Shown one piece after another: positions 27,549-37,089 of a stretch of DNA of 64,000 nucleotides. The first letter of the stretch is position 1. The number at the start of each line of letters is the position of its first letter. The notes under the pieces were generated by a model. It ran no database searches. It was not told where the DNA came from and saw only the letters and a list, made by a program, of their open reading frames with translations. The translations under genes and the position numbers were made by a program. The stretch comes from an uncultured Clostridiaceae bacterium. GTDB lineage: Bacteria > Bacillota > Clostridia > TANB77 > CAG-465. The DNA is taken from NCBI GenBank assembly GCA_947169155.1, contig CAMVON010000003.1:5910-69909 (forward strand). The letters are read 5' to 3'.

Positions 27549-28694
27549 ATGAGTAGAAATCAAGGAGCAAGTTTATTTTATAGAAAAGAAAGAGATACTT
27601 GGATTGTTCAATATTATACAAATGGAGATAAAAGAAGTAAGAAAAGTTTTAAGGAAAAGCAGGAGGCTGAAAATTTTTTAGAAGAAATAATGTTTAAGAA
27701 AGATAATAAAAAATATGTTAGAAACAATGGAATGACTTTAAGAACAATAATTGTTAGTAATATAAATAAAAAGTTTGGATCAGGTATTATTTCTGAAGGA
27801 CAACTTATGAGAACAAATAAAACAATAAAACAAATGCCTGAAGAACTATTAAATACTAATATTGAAGAAATTACTGAAGAAGATATACAAACCTATTTGA
27901 ATTCTTTAAAAAATTACAGTAATTCAAGCATTAAAAAGTTTTATGAGTTATTAAGTCAGGCTTTTAGGATTGCATTTGAAAGAGATTATATAAAATTAAA
28001 TCCTATGAAAAATGTTCTTAGACCTAAAAGCAAGAAAAAAGATAAAAAAGTTAGAGCATTGACTGTTGATGAACAAGAAAGATTTACACAATATTTATTA
28101 GATCAAAATATAAAAGATACACCTTATAGAAATGTATTCTTAGTTCAAATGTTTACGGGGATGAGAATCGGCGAAGTGTTGGCATTGAAGACTACTGACA
28201 TTGACCTTGCTCATAACCTAATTACAGTTGAGCATACAATATCAGTTGATGCAAAAGAAAAAACTATACTTAAAGAAACACCTAAATCATTTAATGGAAT
28301 GAGAGAGATACCGATGCCTTCGTATTTAAAACCTTATATTATGGAGCAAATGAAAATTGCTAATATAAATAATCATAAGGAAAATTTATTATTTGTAAAT
28401 AGAAATAAAGGCTATGTGGATCATAGAATAGCAAATAAAATATTAAAAAAAATGTTAGAGGAACTGGATATAGAAGGCATATCTACCCATAGTTTAAGAC
28501 ATACTTTTGGAACAAGATGTATTGAAAGTGGTGTACGAGATGTTGCATTACAAAGAATAATGGGACATTCTTCAATTACAGCAACACTTAATAACTATGT
28601 AGATGTATCTGAGGAGTTAAAAGAAAGCGAACTAGAAAAAGTATATAGTTATTATAGAGAAAATATGAATATTGACATAGATGATTTTGACTGA
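27549..28694 (+). CDS. int: tyrosine recombinase / integrase (copy 2, paralog of copy 1)
   Basis: Likely ATG at 27549 (AAGGAGAG 7 nt upstream); the track ORF starts at 27525, overlapping copy 1. Same catalytic residues (MFTGMRIGE, HSLRHTF, LNNYVDV). Confidence 0.85.
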   Translation: MSRNQGASLFYRKERDTWIVQYYTNGDKRSKKSFKEKQEAENFLEEIMFKKDNKKYVRNNGMTLRTIIVSNINKKFGSGIISEGQLMRTNKTIKQMPEELLNTNIEEITEEDIQTYLNSLKNYSNSSIKKFYELLSQAFRIAFERDYIKLNPMKNVLRPKSKKKDKKVRALTVDEQERFTQYLLDQNIKDTPYRNVFLVQMFTGMRIGEVLALKTTDIDLAHNLITVEHTISVDAKEKTILKETPKSFNGMREIPMPSYLKPYIMEQMKIANINNHKENLLFVNRNKGYVDHRIANKILKKMLEELDIEGISTHSLRHTFGTRCIESGVRDVALQRIMGHSSITATLNNYVDVSEELKESELEKVYSYYRENMNIDIDDFD

Positions 28695-28838
28695 TTTTTG
28701 GGGAGCTGAAAATAGCTCCCCAAATTTCCAATAAAAATTTTTTGGGGAGCTAACTGTATGCAGTTGTGAAAAAGTCTGAGAGTGGCTATGAAAGTCCAAC
28801 AGTGAAAAATAGTACATTTCAGCCACTTACAGACACTC
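28695..28838. repeat. repeat cluster between int2 and tRNA-Pro: TTTTTGGGGAGCT hairpin/direct repeat and ~60-bp imperfect inverted repeat (candidate attR / arm-site region)
   Basis: TTTTTGGGGAGCT-gaaaat-AGCTCCCCAAA at 28695-28724; TTTTTTGGGGAGCT again at 28738-28751; GAGAGTGGCT…AGCCACTtacagaCACTCTC at 28778-28838. Confidence 0.4.
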
Positions 28839-28927
28839 TCAAATACACTTGAAAAGTAGTATAAAAATAGACAAAATAAAATGCCCGAAACCTACTGATT
28901 TCAAGCATTACAAAAGATTTTTTCTTT

Positions 28928-29003
28928 TGGTCGGAGTGACAGGACCCGAACCTGCGACCTCATGGTCCCAAACCACGCGCTCTACCAACTGAGCTACACC
29001 CCG
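28928..29003 (-). tRNA. tRNA-Pro (anticodon TGG), CCA encoded
   Basis: Reverse complement folds as a canonical cloverleaf: acceptor CGGGGTG/CACTCCG, D arm GCTC-AGTTGGTA-GAGC, anticodon loop TTTGGGA, T arm GCAGG-TTCGGGT-CCTGT, ACCA end. Confidence 0.9.
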
Positions 29004-29195
29004 ATTTGTTACAGATGTAATTATAACACTAGTTTTATTGAAAATCAATAGTTTTAAAATAAAATTTTACATTTTTTTACTTTTGTTCTTTTCTTGTATA
29101 TTTTATTATCTTTTTTACATTTTATTCATATTTTTTAGCATATTATCTTTTATGTAATCATTTAGACATTTTCTTTTCCTTAATTTGCCTATTTT

Positions 29196-29228
29196 CATTG
29201 ACTTTTTTACCCCAAAAGTATATGATAT
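29196..29228 (+). promoter_or_regulatory. sigma-A type promoter for acpS-metG
   Basis: TTGACT – 17 nt – TATGAT upstream of acpS. Confidence 0.35.
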
Positions 29229-29275
29229 TAGTGTATTAAATCGACCTTGAGGTCAATTATTTAGAAAGGAAGAAA

Positions 29276-29680
29276 ATGAGCGTATATTGTGGAACAGATA
29301 TAATAGAAGTTGCAAGAATAAAAAAATCTATGCAAAAGTCTATTTTTAAAGTTAGTATATATACAGATTTTGAAATTGAAGATATAGATAGTGCTTCAAA
29401 TGAAGATGTAAGATACCAAAGATATGCTGGAAGATTTGCTGCTAAAGAGGCAGTATATAAAGCTTTATCTCCACTATGTAAACGTGAAGACTATGCACCA
29501 TCATTTAAAGATATAGAAATTGCAAATGATGAGTCTTTAGGTGGAAGACCATTTGTTAGACCACTTTGTGATAAAATGATTGAATTATTTTCTAAGTATG
29601 ATATTAAGTTAGATTTAAGTATTTCGCATGTAAAAGAAACTGCGATTGCAATATGCGTAGCAACAGTAGAAAAGGAGTGA
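29276..29680 (+). CDS. acpS: holo-[acyl-carrier-protein] synthase
   Basis: 134 aa; GTDIIEVARI, RFAAKEAVYKAL and C-terminal ISHVKETAIAICV segments typical of AcpS. Confidence 0.75.
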   Translation: MSVYCGTDIIEVARIKKSMQKSIFKVSIYTDFEIEDIDSASNEDVRYQRYAGRFAAKEAVYKALSPLCKREDYAPSFKDIEIANDESLGGRPFVRPLCDKMIELFSKYDIKLDLSISHVKETAIAICVATVEKE

Positions 29681-29687
29681 AGAGAAA

Positions 29688-31616
29688 ATGGAAGAAAATA
29701 AGAAATACTACATAACAACACCTATATATTATCCAAGCGGAGACTTTCATGTAGGAACATGTTATTGTACAATTATGGCTGACACATTAGCAAGATATAA
29801 AAGATTAAGAGGTTATGATGTATTTTTTATGACAGGCACAGATGAGCATGGTCAAAAAATCCAAGAAAAAGCCAATGCACAAGGTATAACTCCTAAAGAA
29901 TTTGTAGACGAATTCGTAAGAAGAGCTAAAGATCTTTGGAAGGTATTGGACATTTCTTACGATAAATATATGAGAACAACAGACGATTACCATGTTAAAG
30001 CTGTTCAAAAAATATTTGAAAAACTTTTAGAAAAAGGTGACATTTACAAAGGAGAATATAAAGGATTATACTGTACTCCTTGTGAATCATTCTGGACACC
30101 TACTCAACTTGTTGATGGAAAATGCCCAGATTGTGGAAGAGAAGTAAAAGAAGTAAGTGAAGAAGCATATTTCTTCAAATTATCTAAATATGCAGATAGG
30201 CTTCTTGCATATTATGATGAACACCCAGAGTTCTTAGAACCAGAAATTAGAAAAAATGAAATGGTTAAAAACTTTTTTGAAAAAGGTCTTGAGGACTTAT
30301 GTGTAACAAGAACAACTATTGAATGGGGTATTCCTATTCTTTCAGATCCAAAGCACACTGTATATGTTTGGTTAGATGCCCTAACAAACTATATAACTGC
30401 ACTTGGATATACAACAGATGAAGATGAAATGTTTAAAAAATACTGGCCTGCAGATATGCACCTAGTTGGAAAAGAAATATTTAGATTCCATAGTATTATT
30501 TGGCCAGCAATTCTAATGGCTTTAGACCTACCTCTACCAAAGAAAGTATTTGGACATGGTTGGTTAGTAGTAAACGGAAAGAAAATTTCTAAATCATTTG
30601 GAAACTATAAAGACCCAAGAATATATATTAGAGACACAAGTAGAGATGCTCTAAGATACTACCTAGTTAAAGAAATAACATTTGGAGACGATGGTAACTT
30701 CTCAGAAGATCTATTTGTAGAAAGAGTTAACTCAGACTTATCTAATGACCTTGGAAACTTAGTAAGTAGAGTAACAGCAATGACAGAAAAATATAATAAC
30801 GGAATTGTTGTTAAAAATGATAACCTACCTGTAGAAGACATAGATAAAGAATTAATTGAATGTGCAAAAGAAACTATTACTAATTTTGAAAACTTTATGG
30901 ATGATTATAAAACAAATGAAGCAATTAGTGAGATTTGGAAACTTATCTCTAAAGCAAATAAATACATAGATTTAAGTACACCATGGATTCTTGCAAAAGA
31001 AGAAAAAACAGAAAGACTTAACCAAGTTCTATACAATCTACTTGAAACAATAAGAATAGTAACTATTCCACTACAATGTTTCTTTGTAGATACACCTGCA
31101 AAAATATTTGAACAAATTGGTGTAGGTAAAGAAGATACTACTTGGGAAACTTCAAAAACATTTGGAGTACTTAAAGATGGAACAAAAGTTACAAAAGGTG
31201 AAATCTTATTCCCAAGAATAGAAAAGACAGAAGAACTATTTAAAGTAGAAGAGGAAGAAGAACCTCAAGAAGATAAGAAAAATATAATCACTATAGATGA
31301 ATTAGATAAAGTTGAACTTAAAGTTGGTCAAATACTAACTGTAGAAAAAGTTCCAAAAGCTAAAAAACTATATAAATTAAGTGTAGATGTTGGAGAAAAA
31401 ACTCCAAGAACAATAGTATCTGGTTTAGTACCATACTACACAGAAGAAGAACTACAAGGAAAACAAGTTGTAGTTGTAACAAACTTAAAACCTGCAAAAC
31501 TTTGTGGTATTGAATCTCAAGGAATGCTACTTGCAGCAGGCGATGATGATGTAGTAAAATTATTAGTACTAGATAATAATGCTGGGGTACTTGAAAATGG
31601 TTCAAATATACATTAA
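29688..31616 (+). CDS. metG: methionyl-tRNA synthetase with C-terminal tRNA-binding (EMAP-like) domain
   Basis: Class I motifs (PIYYPSGDFHVGTCY HIGH-region, KISKSFGN KMSKS), zinc knuckle CTPC…CPDC, C-terminal LKVGQILTVEKVPKAKKLYKLSVDVGE. Confidence 0.9.
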   Translation: MEENKKYYITTPIYYPSGDFHVGTCYCTIMADTLARYKRLRGYDVFFMTGTDEHGQKIQEKANAQGITPKEFVDEFVRRAKDLWKVLDISYDKYMRTTDDYHVKAVQKIFEKLLEKGDIYKGEYKGLYCTPCESFWTPTQLVDGKCPDCGREVKEVSEEAYFFKLSKYADRLLAYYDEHPEFLEPEIRKNEMVKNFFEKGLEDLCVTRTTIEWGIPILSDPKHTVYVWLDALTNYITALGYTTDEDEMFKKYWPADMHLVGKEIFRFHSIIWPAILMALDLPLPKKVFGHGWLVVNGKKISKSFGNYKDPRIYIRDTSRDALRYYLVKEITFGDDGNFSEDLFVERVNSDLSNDLGNLVSRVTAMTEKYNNGIVVKNDNLPVEDIDKELIECAKETITNFENFMDDYKTNEAISEIWKLISKANKYIDLSTPWILAKEEKTERLNQVLYNLLETIRIVTIPLQCFFVDTPAKIFEQIGVGKEDTTWETSKTFGVLKDGTKVTKGEILFPRIEKTEELFKVEEEEEPQEDKKNIITIDELDKVELKVGQILTVEKVPKAKKLYKLSVDVGEKTPRTIVSGLVPYYTEEELQGKQVVVVTNLKPAKLCGIESQGMLLAAGDDDVVKLLVLDNNAGVLENGSNIH

Positions 31617-31666
31617 AATATAATTGATGATATGTTTAGAAATATTATAGGAGGTAAACAAAAGAT

Positions 31667-32524
31667 ATGAACGAAGACGAAAAAAAGGTTCAAGAAGAAC
31701 AAGAAGAAGCTACTCAAACTACAGTAGAAGAAACTGTAGAAACTGCAGAAACAGAAGAAACTGCACAAGTAGAACAAGAAGAGCAAGCACCTGTAGAAGA
31801 AGCAACTCAACAAAAAGAAGAAGCTCCTCAAGACAGTGAAAAATACTACGATGATATTAATTACCAACAAAAAGAAGTATCTGAAGAAGTTAAAGCTAAA
31901 ACAAGAGGAATTCTAAGAGAAGTACTAGACTGGGTAGTTTGCTTTGCAATTGCATTTATTGTTTATTTACTAATTAATTACTTCTTTATCTGTGCACCAA
32001 CAGTAAAACAACAATCAATGCATCCAACTATTAAAAATAATGAAAAAGTCCTAACTATTAGACCTTGGATGAAAGGATCTAAATTTGAATATGGACAAAT
32101 CATTACTTTTGAAGCACCTATAGACAATAAATTATACATAGATTCAGATGAAACATTATACACAGCACAATACGAAAACTACACAGGAATAACATTATTC
32201 CTATACAATTTCCTAGATGTAAATAAAGTAAGTTACATCAAAAGAGTAATTGGTCTTCCAGGGGATCACATCGTAATAAAAGATGGAATAGTTTATAGAA
32301 ACGATGAAAAAATTGAAGAACCATACTTAAGAGAAATGAATACTGAAATTCAAGAACAAGAATATGCAGATGTTATAGTTCCAGAAAATACAATTTATGT
32401 AATGGGAGATAACAGAGAACAATCTAAAGATTCTAGAAGTTTTGGATGTATTCCATATGATAGAGTAAACGGATATGTTCTATGCAGAATTTGGCCTTTA
32501 AACAAACTAGGGGCAATTAAATAA
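31667..32524 (+). CDS. lepB: signal peptidase I with ~75-aa acidic N-terminal extension
   Basis: TM helix, catalytic S box QSMHPTI, YIKRVIGLPGD, GDNREQSKDSRSFG. N-terminus MNEDEKKVQEEQEEATQTTVEE… is E/Q/T-rich. Confidence 0.8.
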   Translation: MNEDEKKVQEEQEEATQTTVEETVETAETEETAQVEQEEQAPVEEATQQKEEAPQDSEKYYDDINYQQKEVSEEVKAKTRGILREVLDWVVCFAIAFIVYLLINYFFICAPTVKQQSMHPTIKNNEKVLTIRPWMKGSKFEYGQIITFEAPIDNKLYIDSDETLYTAQYENYTGITLFLYNFLDVNKVSYIKRVIGLPGDHIVIKDGIVYRNDEKIEEPYLREMNTEIQEQEYADVIVPENTIYVMGDNREQSKDSRSFGCIPYDRVNGYVLCRIWPLNKLGAIK

Positions 32525-32557
32525 TCTAAAATATAGAAATTAAAAGGAGAAATAGAT

Positions 32558-33400
32558 ATGTTTGAAAATATTGTTGGACATCAAAAACAAAAAGACATTT
32601 TAACTAGAGCTTTATCGTCTGGCAATATTTCTCACGCATATCTATTTTTTGGTAATAGTGGTATTGGAAAATTTGCAATAGCAAAAGAATTTGCAAAAGA
32701 ACTTTTACACACAGATAATGTGGACAATCATCCAGACTTTAAAGTTATATCTAAAATAGAAGATAAAAAAGATATTCTAGTAGAGCAAATAAGAAAAGAG
32801 TTAATAGATGATGTCTATGTTGTACCAGCTGCTGGAGATAGAAAAGTATATATTATAGATGATGCAGAAAGCTTAAATATTGCATCACAAAATACATTAT
32901 TAAAAACACTAGAAGAACCACCTAGATATATAACAATTATTCTAGTTGCTTCTAATATAAGTGCATTTTTAACTACAATACTATCTCGTGTTAACCAAAT
33001 ACCATTTGAAGGAATAAGCAATCAAGAATTAAAGACATATATATATGAAAAATATAACACATCTTTATCAGACAATATTGTAGATTATCTAGATGGATCT
33101 ATTGGAAAAGCAATAGATTTAATAGAGAATAATACACAAGAAAAACTAATAGCTGTAGATGAATTATATACTTGCATAAAAGAACAAAATGTTATAAAAG
33201 CTATGAAAAAAGTGCAAGAAATTAGTTTTGCACAAGACGATACATTAGACTATTTAGAGTATGTTTTATATAAAAATAATGCATATTCTGGTGTAAAAAT
33301 AGTAGAAAATGCAAAAAATAGGTTAAAATTTAACGGAAACTATGATATAATAATTGACAGTATGTTACTAAGATTAATTGATAGCATTAAGGAGGAATAG
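32558..33400 (+). CDS. holB: DNA polymerase III delta-prime subunit
   Basis: HAYLFFGNSGIGK P-loop-like motif; 280 aa; followed by ricT/yaaT as in Bacillus. Confidence 0.75.
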   Translation: MFENIVGHQKQKDILTRALSSGNISHAYLFFGNSGIGKFAIAKEFAKELLHTDNVDNHPDFKVISKIEDKKDILVEQIRKELIDDVYVVPAAGDRKVYIIDDAESLNIASQNTLLKTLEEPPRYITIILVASNISAFLTTILSRVNQIPFEGISNQELKTYIYEKYNTSLSDNIVDYLDGSIGKAIDLIENNTQEKLIAVDELYTCIKEQNVIKAMKKVQEISFAQDDTLDYLEYVLYKNNAYSGVKIVENAKNRLKFNGNYDIIIDSMLLRLIDSIKEE

Positions 33401-34270
33401 ATGAAGAAAGTAGGAATTAGATTTAAAAGAACTGGAAAACTTTCTTTTTACTTAACAGACGAAGATGGAATAAAACTATCAGATAGTGTTGTAGCAGATA
33501 CAGAAAAAGGTGAAGAAATTGGTGTTGTAGCTAAAGTTGTTGAACCAGAAGATGGAGAAGAACTTGAAACAATAAAAAGAATGGCTACAGACAAAGACTT
33601 CAAAAGACAAAAAGAAATGGACGATAAAGCACATGAAGCTTTAAAATTCTGTAAAGAACAGGCAAAAAAACTTGAACTAGATATGAAAGTTCTTACTGCT
33701 GAATATACATTAGATGGAACTAAACTTACTATCTATTTTGTATCAGAAGATAGAATAGATTTTAGAGAATTAGTAAAAATTATTGCATCAAAATATAGAG
33801 CAAGAATTGAGTTAAGACAAATAGGCCCAAGAGACGAAGCAAGAGAATACCCAACACTAGGTATGTGTGGTAGAGAAGTTTGTTGTAGAACTCATATAGA
33901 AAACTTTGATCCTGTTACTATCAAAATGGCAAAGGAACAAGGATTACAAATTAATATGTCAAAGCTTTCTGGAGCTTGTGGTAAACTAATGTGTTGTCTA
34001 CGTTATGAAGAAGAAACATATAAAGAAAACTTAAAACAACTTCCAAAAGTAGGCGAAATAGTTAAAGTAAAAGGTGAACAAGATAAAGCAAAAGTTACTT
34101 CAGTAGATATTTTAAATAAAATGGTAAAAGTTAGATTTAATTTTGATAGTGAAGATGAAGACAGATATGAAACTTATCCTGTAGAAAAACTTAAATGGAC
34201 ACCTAAAGCGCCTAAGAAGGAAGAAAAAGAAGAAGTTTCAGATAATGATGATGAAATAGTTGAAGAGTAG
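33401..34270 (+). CDS. ricT: PSP1-domain protein RicT/YaaT
   Basis: Conserved Cys cluster GMCGREVCCRTH … GACGKLMCCLRYEE; holB-yaaT synteny. Confidence 0.8.
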   Translation: MKKVGIRFKRTGKLSFYLTDEDGIKLSDSVVADTEKGEEIGVVAKVVEPEDGEELETIKRMATDKDFKRQKEMDDKAHEALKFCKEQAKKLELDMKVLTAEYTLDGTKLTIYFVSEDRIDFRELVKIIASKYRARIELRQIGPRDEAREYPTLGMCGREVCCRTHIENFDPVTIKMAKEQGLQINMSKLSGACGKLMCCLRYEEETYKENLKQLPKVGEIVKVKGEQDKAKVTSVDILNKMVKVRFNFDSEDEDRYETYPVEKLKWTPKAPKKEEKEEVSDNDDEIVEE

Positions 34271-34294
34271 AAATGCTCTAGGAGGTGAAAAGAG

Positions 34295-34468
34295 ATGAGA
34301 TATAAAATTAGTGAAAATTGTATCGCATGTGGTGCATGTGAAATGAACTGCCCAGTAGGAGCTATTTCAATGGGTGATGGAAAAATGGAAATTGACCCAG
34401 AAAAATGTATAGGATGTGGAGCTTGTGCATCTATATGCCCAGTTGGAGCACCAAACCCAGAAGAATAA
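34295..34468 (+). CDS. fdx: 2x[4Fe-4S] clostridial-type ferredoxin (57 aa; not in supplied ORF track)
   Basis: MRYKISENCIACGACEMNCPVGAI…KCIGCGACASICPV: two CxxCxxCxxxCP motifs; GGAGGTG RBS. Confidence 0.7.
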   Translation: MRYKISENCIACGACEMNCPVGAISMGDGKMEIDPEKCIGCGACASICPVGAPNPEE

Positions 34469-34484
34469 TTTAAAATTTTATGAT

Positions 34485-34508
34485 GACAGAGTTAAACTCT
34501 GTCTTTTT
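34485..34508 (+). terminator. rho-independent terminator after ferredoxin
   Basis: GACAGAG ttaaa CTCTGTC followed by TTTTT. Confidence 0.6.
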
Positions 34509-34675
34509 ATATGTCTATTTTACTTTACATAAAATTGATTTTGCGCCTAAAATACATTTTTAAATTGTTACAAAATACTAGTTTTGTCTATGACAAATTA
34601 TAACACAGAAAACACCTTGAAATCGCTTTGTGTATGGGCTTTGCAGTGGTATAACTTTAACCGAGGTGATTAAAA

Positions 34676-35688
34676 TGAAAGAAAATATAGAAGACTATAG
34701 AAAAAATGGTCAAATAAATCTAGATGAATATTTTAGAAACAATCCATCTAGTTTCACATATCCATATTACATAGATGGATATGATGAGTTAAACTTTTGG
34801 GCTCAAGTAGGAAAGGGGAATAAAGAAAAATACATATATATTAAGCCACGGGATAACTATGATGAAAATCCAAATTATAACATCTATGCAGAATTAGTAT
34901 ATGAAGAATTAATTAAACAAGTAGGAATAAAAAGTGCATCTTTAGATTTAGGAAAATATAATGGTATGGATGCTACATTTTCAGATAATATCTTAGACGA
35001 CTATGATAAAGATATTTTCTTAATTAACGGCTCTGAACTTGTAGAAGGTAAAAGATATCTAAGTGGAACAGAAAGTTCGCTAGATGACCTTTTTGACGCA
35101 ATTGAGGACTATTGTAGAGCAGAATATCTAGAAAGAAATGTACAAAATGATTGTATAGAGGATATAGAAAAGATTTGTATAGCAGATATTTATACTTTAT
35201 CTACAAATAGAAGAGTAACAGATTATGATTTTCTAGCAGGAAAAGATAAATATGGAAATGAGATTTTTAAAGTTGCACCAAACTGTCATAATACATATCC
35301 ACTTGGGTCAAATAGTTCTTTAGATGATATGTATGATATGTTAGAAAATGAAGACATGCTAGCAGACAGAGTAAACACTTTTTATACAGATTCTGGAGTT
35401 CCAGAAAACAAACGCAATATAGACTATCCTTATTGGGAGGATACGCTATATTACATTATTGAAGAAAATCCTTATATGTTAAACTTTGCAAGAAATTGTG
35501 CAAAGAAGATGGATATAGCTAAAGCAATTTATAATGTAGAAGAAAAAATTAAATCTAGAATACCAATTGAGTATAAAGAATTTATGTATGAAGTATTTAA
35601 TAACAGATTACAAAATATATGCGAATGTATAGATATAGATTATTATGAACTAATAGATCAAAAAGAGATAGAAAGAGAGGAGATATAA
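34676..35688 (+). CDS. hypothetical protein (337 aa)
   Basis: Probable ATG at 34676 inside the track ORF 34630..35688; no motif recognised. Confidence 0.45.
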
Positions 35689-36029
35689 TGTCTACATTAA
35701 TTATTTCATGGGATGACGAAAAAATAGTTGAAATAGAAAAAAGAGGAGAACTATTTTACTCAAGTGTAATTTATGAAAATGTAATAAGAGCAAAAGAAAA
35801 AGGTTTTCCTATATCTCTATTAAAACAAATAAGCATAGTATCAGATGAACTTGCACCTATTATTAAAAGGAGAATACCAACACCTAAAACATTAAGAAAA
35901 AGAATATCATTTAAGAATGAAGAAGATGATAGAGAAGTAGAAAATGCAATATGTGAATATATAAATGAAACAAAATGTAGAAGACCTACAGATAAGTTTA
36001 GTATAAGAATAGATATAAACAATAACTAA
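35688..36029 (+). CDS. hypothetical protein (113 aa), translationally coupled to the preceding gene
   Basis: ATG overlaps the upstream TAA (TAATG); no motif recognised. Confidence 0.4.
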   Translation: MSTLIISWDDEKIVEIEKRGELFYSSVIYENVIRAKEKGFPISLLKQISIVSDELAPIIKRRIPTPKTLRKRISFKNEEDDREVENAICEYINETKCRRPTDKFSIRIDINNN

Positions 36030-36069
36030 ATAAAAAAGAGATATACAATTAAATGTATATCTCTAATTT

Positions 36070-37005
36070 TTATCTTATTTTTCCTGTGTTTGGATTTTCT
36101 ATCCAATCATCTGGTTTGTTTTTAGTATCAGAATTAACTACTTTAAACATAGTAGTTTTTCCACCATCTTTAACTTTATTTCCTGCTTTGTCTTGTGCAG
36201 TTCCAGCAGCTATAGTGACGTATTTAAGTCCACCTAAGTTACCAGAAATATTAGATAGTGTTACTGTTCTTTTTGAGTTTCCTTCACCTGTAATCTTAAT
36301 ATCTGCTTTAAATCCGTATAGTTCTATATCTTTTGGCTCTAAAGTAATTGAAGTGACTTCTTTGTTATCTTTATATATGATATCAAAAGTAATTGTTTCT
36401 CCAATTTCACAACTAGATTTAGAAAATTCAGCTATCTCCATTGTTGGAGCAACTTCATCTTTTTCTTCTGGTTTTTGCTCTGGATTTTGGTTGTTATTAT
36501 TTCCGTTGTCTGTTGAAGGTGGTAATTGGTTATTACCATTATCTGGATTGCTTGGTTGTGGTTGAGGAGTAGGTTCTGGAGTATATGATGCTATAATTGT
36601 AAATCCAGTTGAATACCCTGTCTCTTTAGATCCACCACTTGCATTTGATGCAGCACCAGCTACAATACATATTTGCCCAACAGCACCAACACTACCTTGA
36701 ATATTACTTAGTACTATAGTTCTTTCTGAGTTACCAGAACCAGAGATACTAATGTTTGCTGTAACTCCGCCAATAAGTCTAACATCACTTGGTTTTAGTG
36801 TTACACTTGTAGCCCCATTATATATAGATACTGGATAAGTAACTGTTCCACCAACTTCAACAGTTCCAGAACTTGGTCCACCTATACCAAATCTAGGAAT
36901 AACAGCAAATACAATATTTGAACATGTACATACTAGTACCATTACTAGTACCATACATAAATATAATGCTTTTTTCTTCATATTTATCTTTCTCCTTAAA
37001 TACAT
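36070..37005 (-). CDS. exported surface protein with internal duplication and Pro/Asn-rich linker
   Basis: Signal peptide MKKKALYLCMVLVMVLVCTCSNIVFA; two related ~100-aa modules (…LSNIQGSVGAVGQICIVAGAASNASGG… / …LSNISGNLGGLKYVTIAAGTAQDKAGN…) joined by PEPTPQPQPSNPDNGNN…. Confidence 0.55.
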   Translation of the reverse strand: MYLRRKINMKKKALYLCMVLVMVLVCTCSNIVFAVIPRFGIGGPSSGTVEVGGTVTYPVSIYNGATSVTLKPSDVRLIGGVTANISISGSGNSERTIVLSNIQGSVGAVGQICIVAGAASNASGGSKETGYSTGFTIIASYTPEPTPQPQPSNPDNGNNQLPPSTDNGNNNNQNPEQKPEEKDEVAPTMEIAEFSKSSCEIGETITFDIIYKDNKEVTSITLEPKDIELYGFKADIKITGEGNSKRTVTLSNISGNLGGLKYVTIAAGTAQDKAGNKVKDGGKTTMFKVVNSDTKNKPDDWIENPNTGKIR

Positions 37006-37089
37006 TTTTTATTATATCATAAGTAAAAAACGTAGTCAATTAAGCAAACTAAAAGATGGTAAATTACCATCTCTTAGTATTATTATTCT

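Larger units (their letters stand above)
1..28927 (+). mobile_element. Partial Tn916-like integrative conjugative element (conjugation module, cargo, regulation, xis/int) ending at the 3' end of tRNA-Pro; left boundary outside the window
   Basis: Colinear T4SS genes, sortase/adhesin, XRE repressor, sigma-like and HTH regulators, excisionase-like gene and two tyrosine recombinases directly abutting a tRNA 3' end. Housekeeping genes (acpS, metG) start right after the tRNA. Confidence 0.6.

Noticed and set aside
36053-36565. 170-aa plus-strand ORF
   Set aside because: It is the antisense of the exported repeat protein on the minus strand, which has a proper signal peptide and RBS; its translation is S/L/P-rich nonsense.
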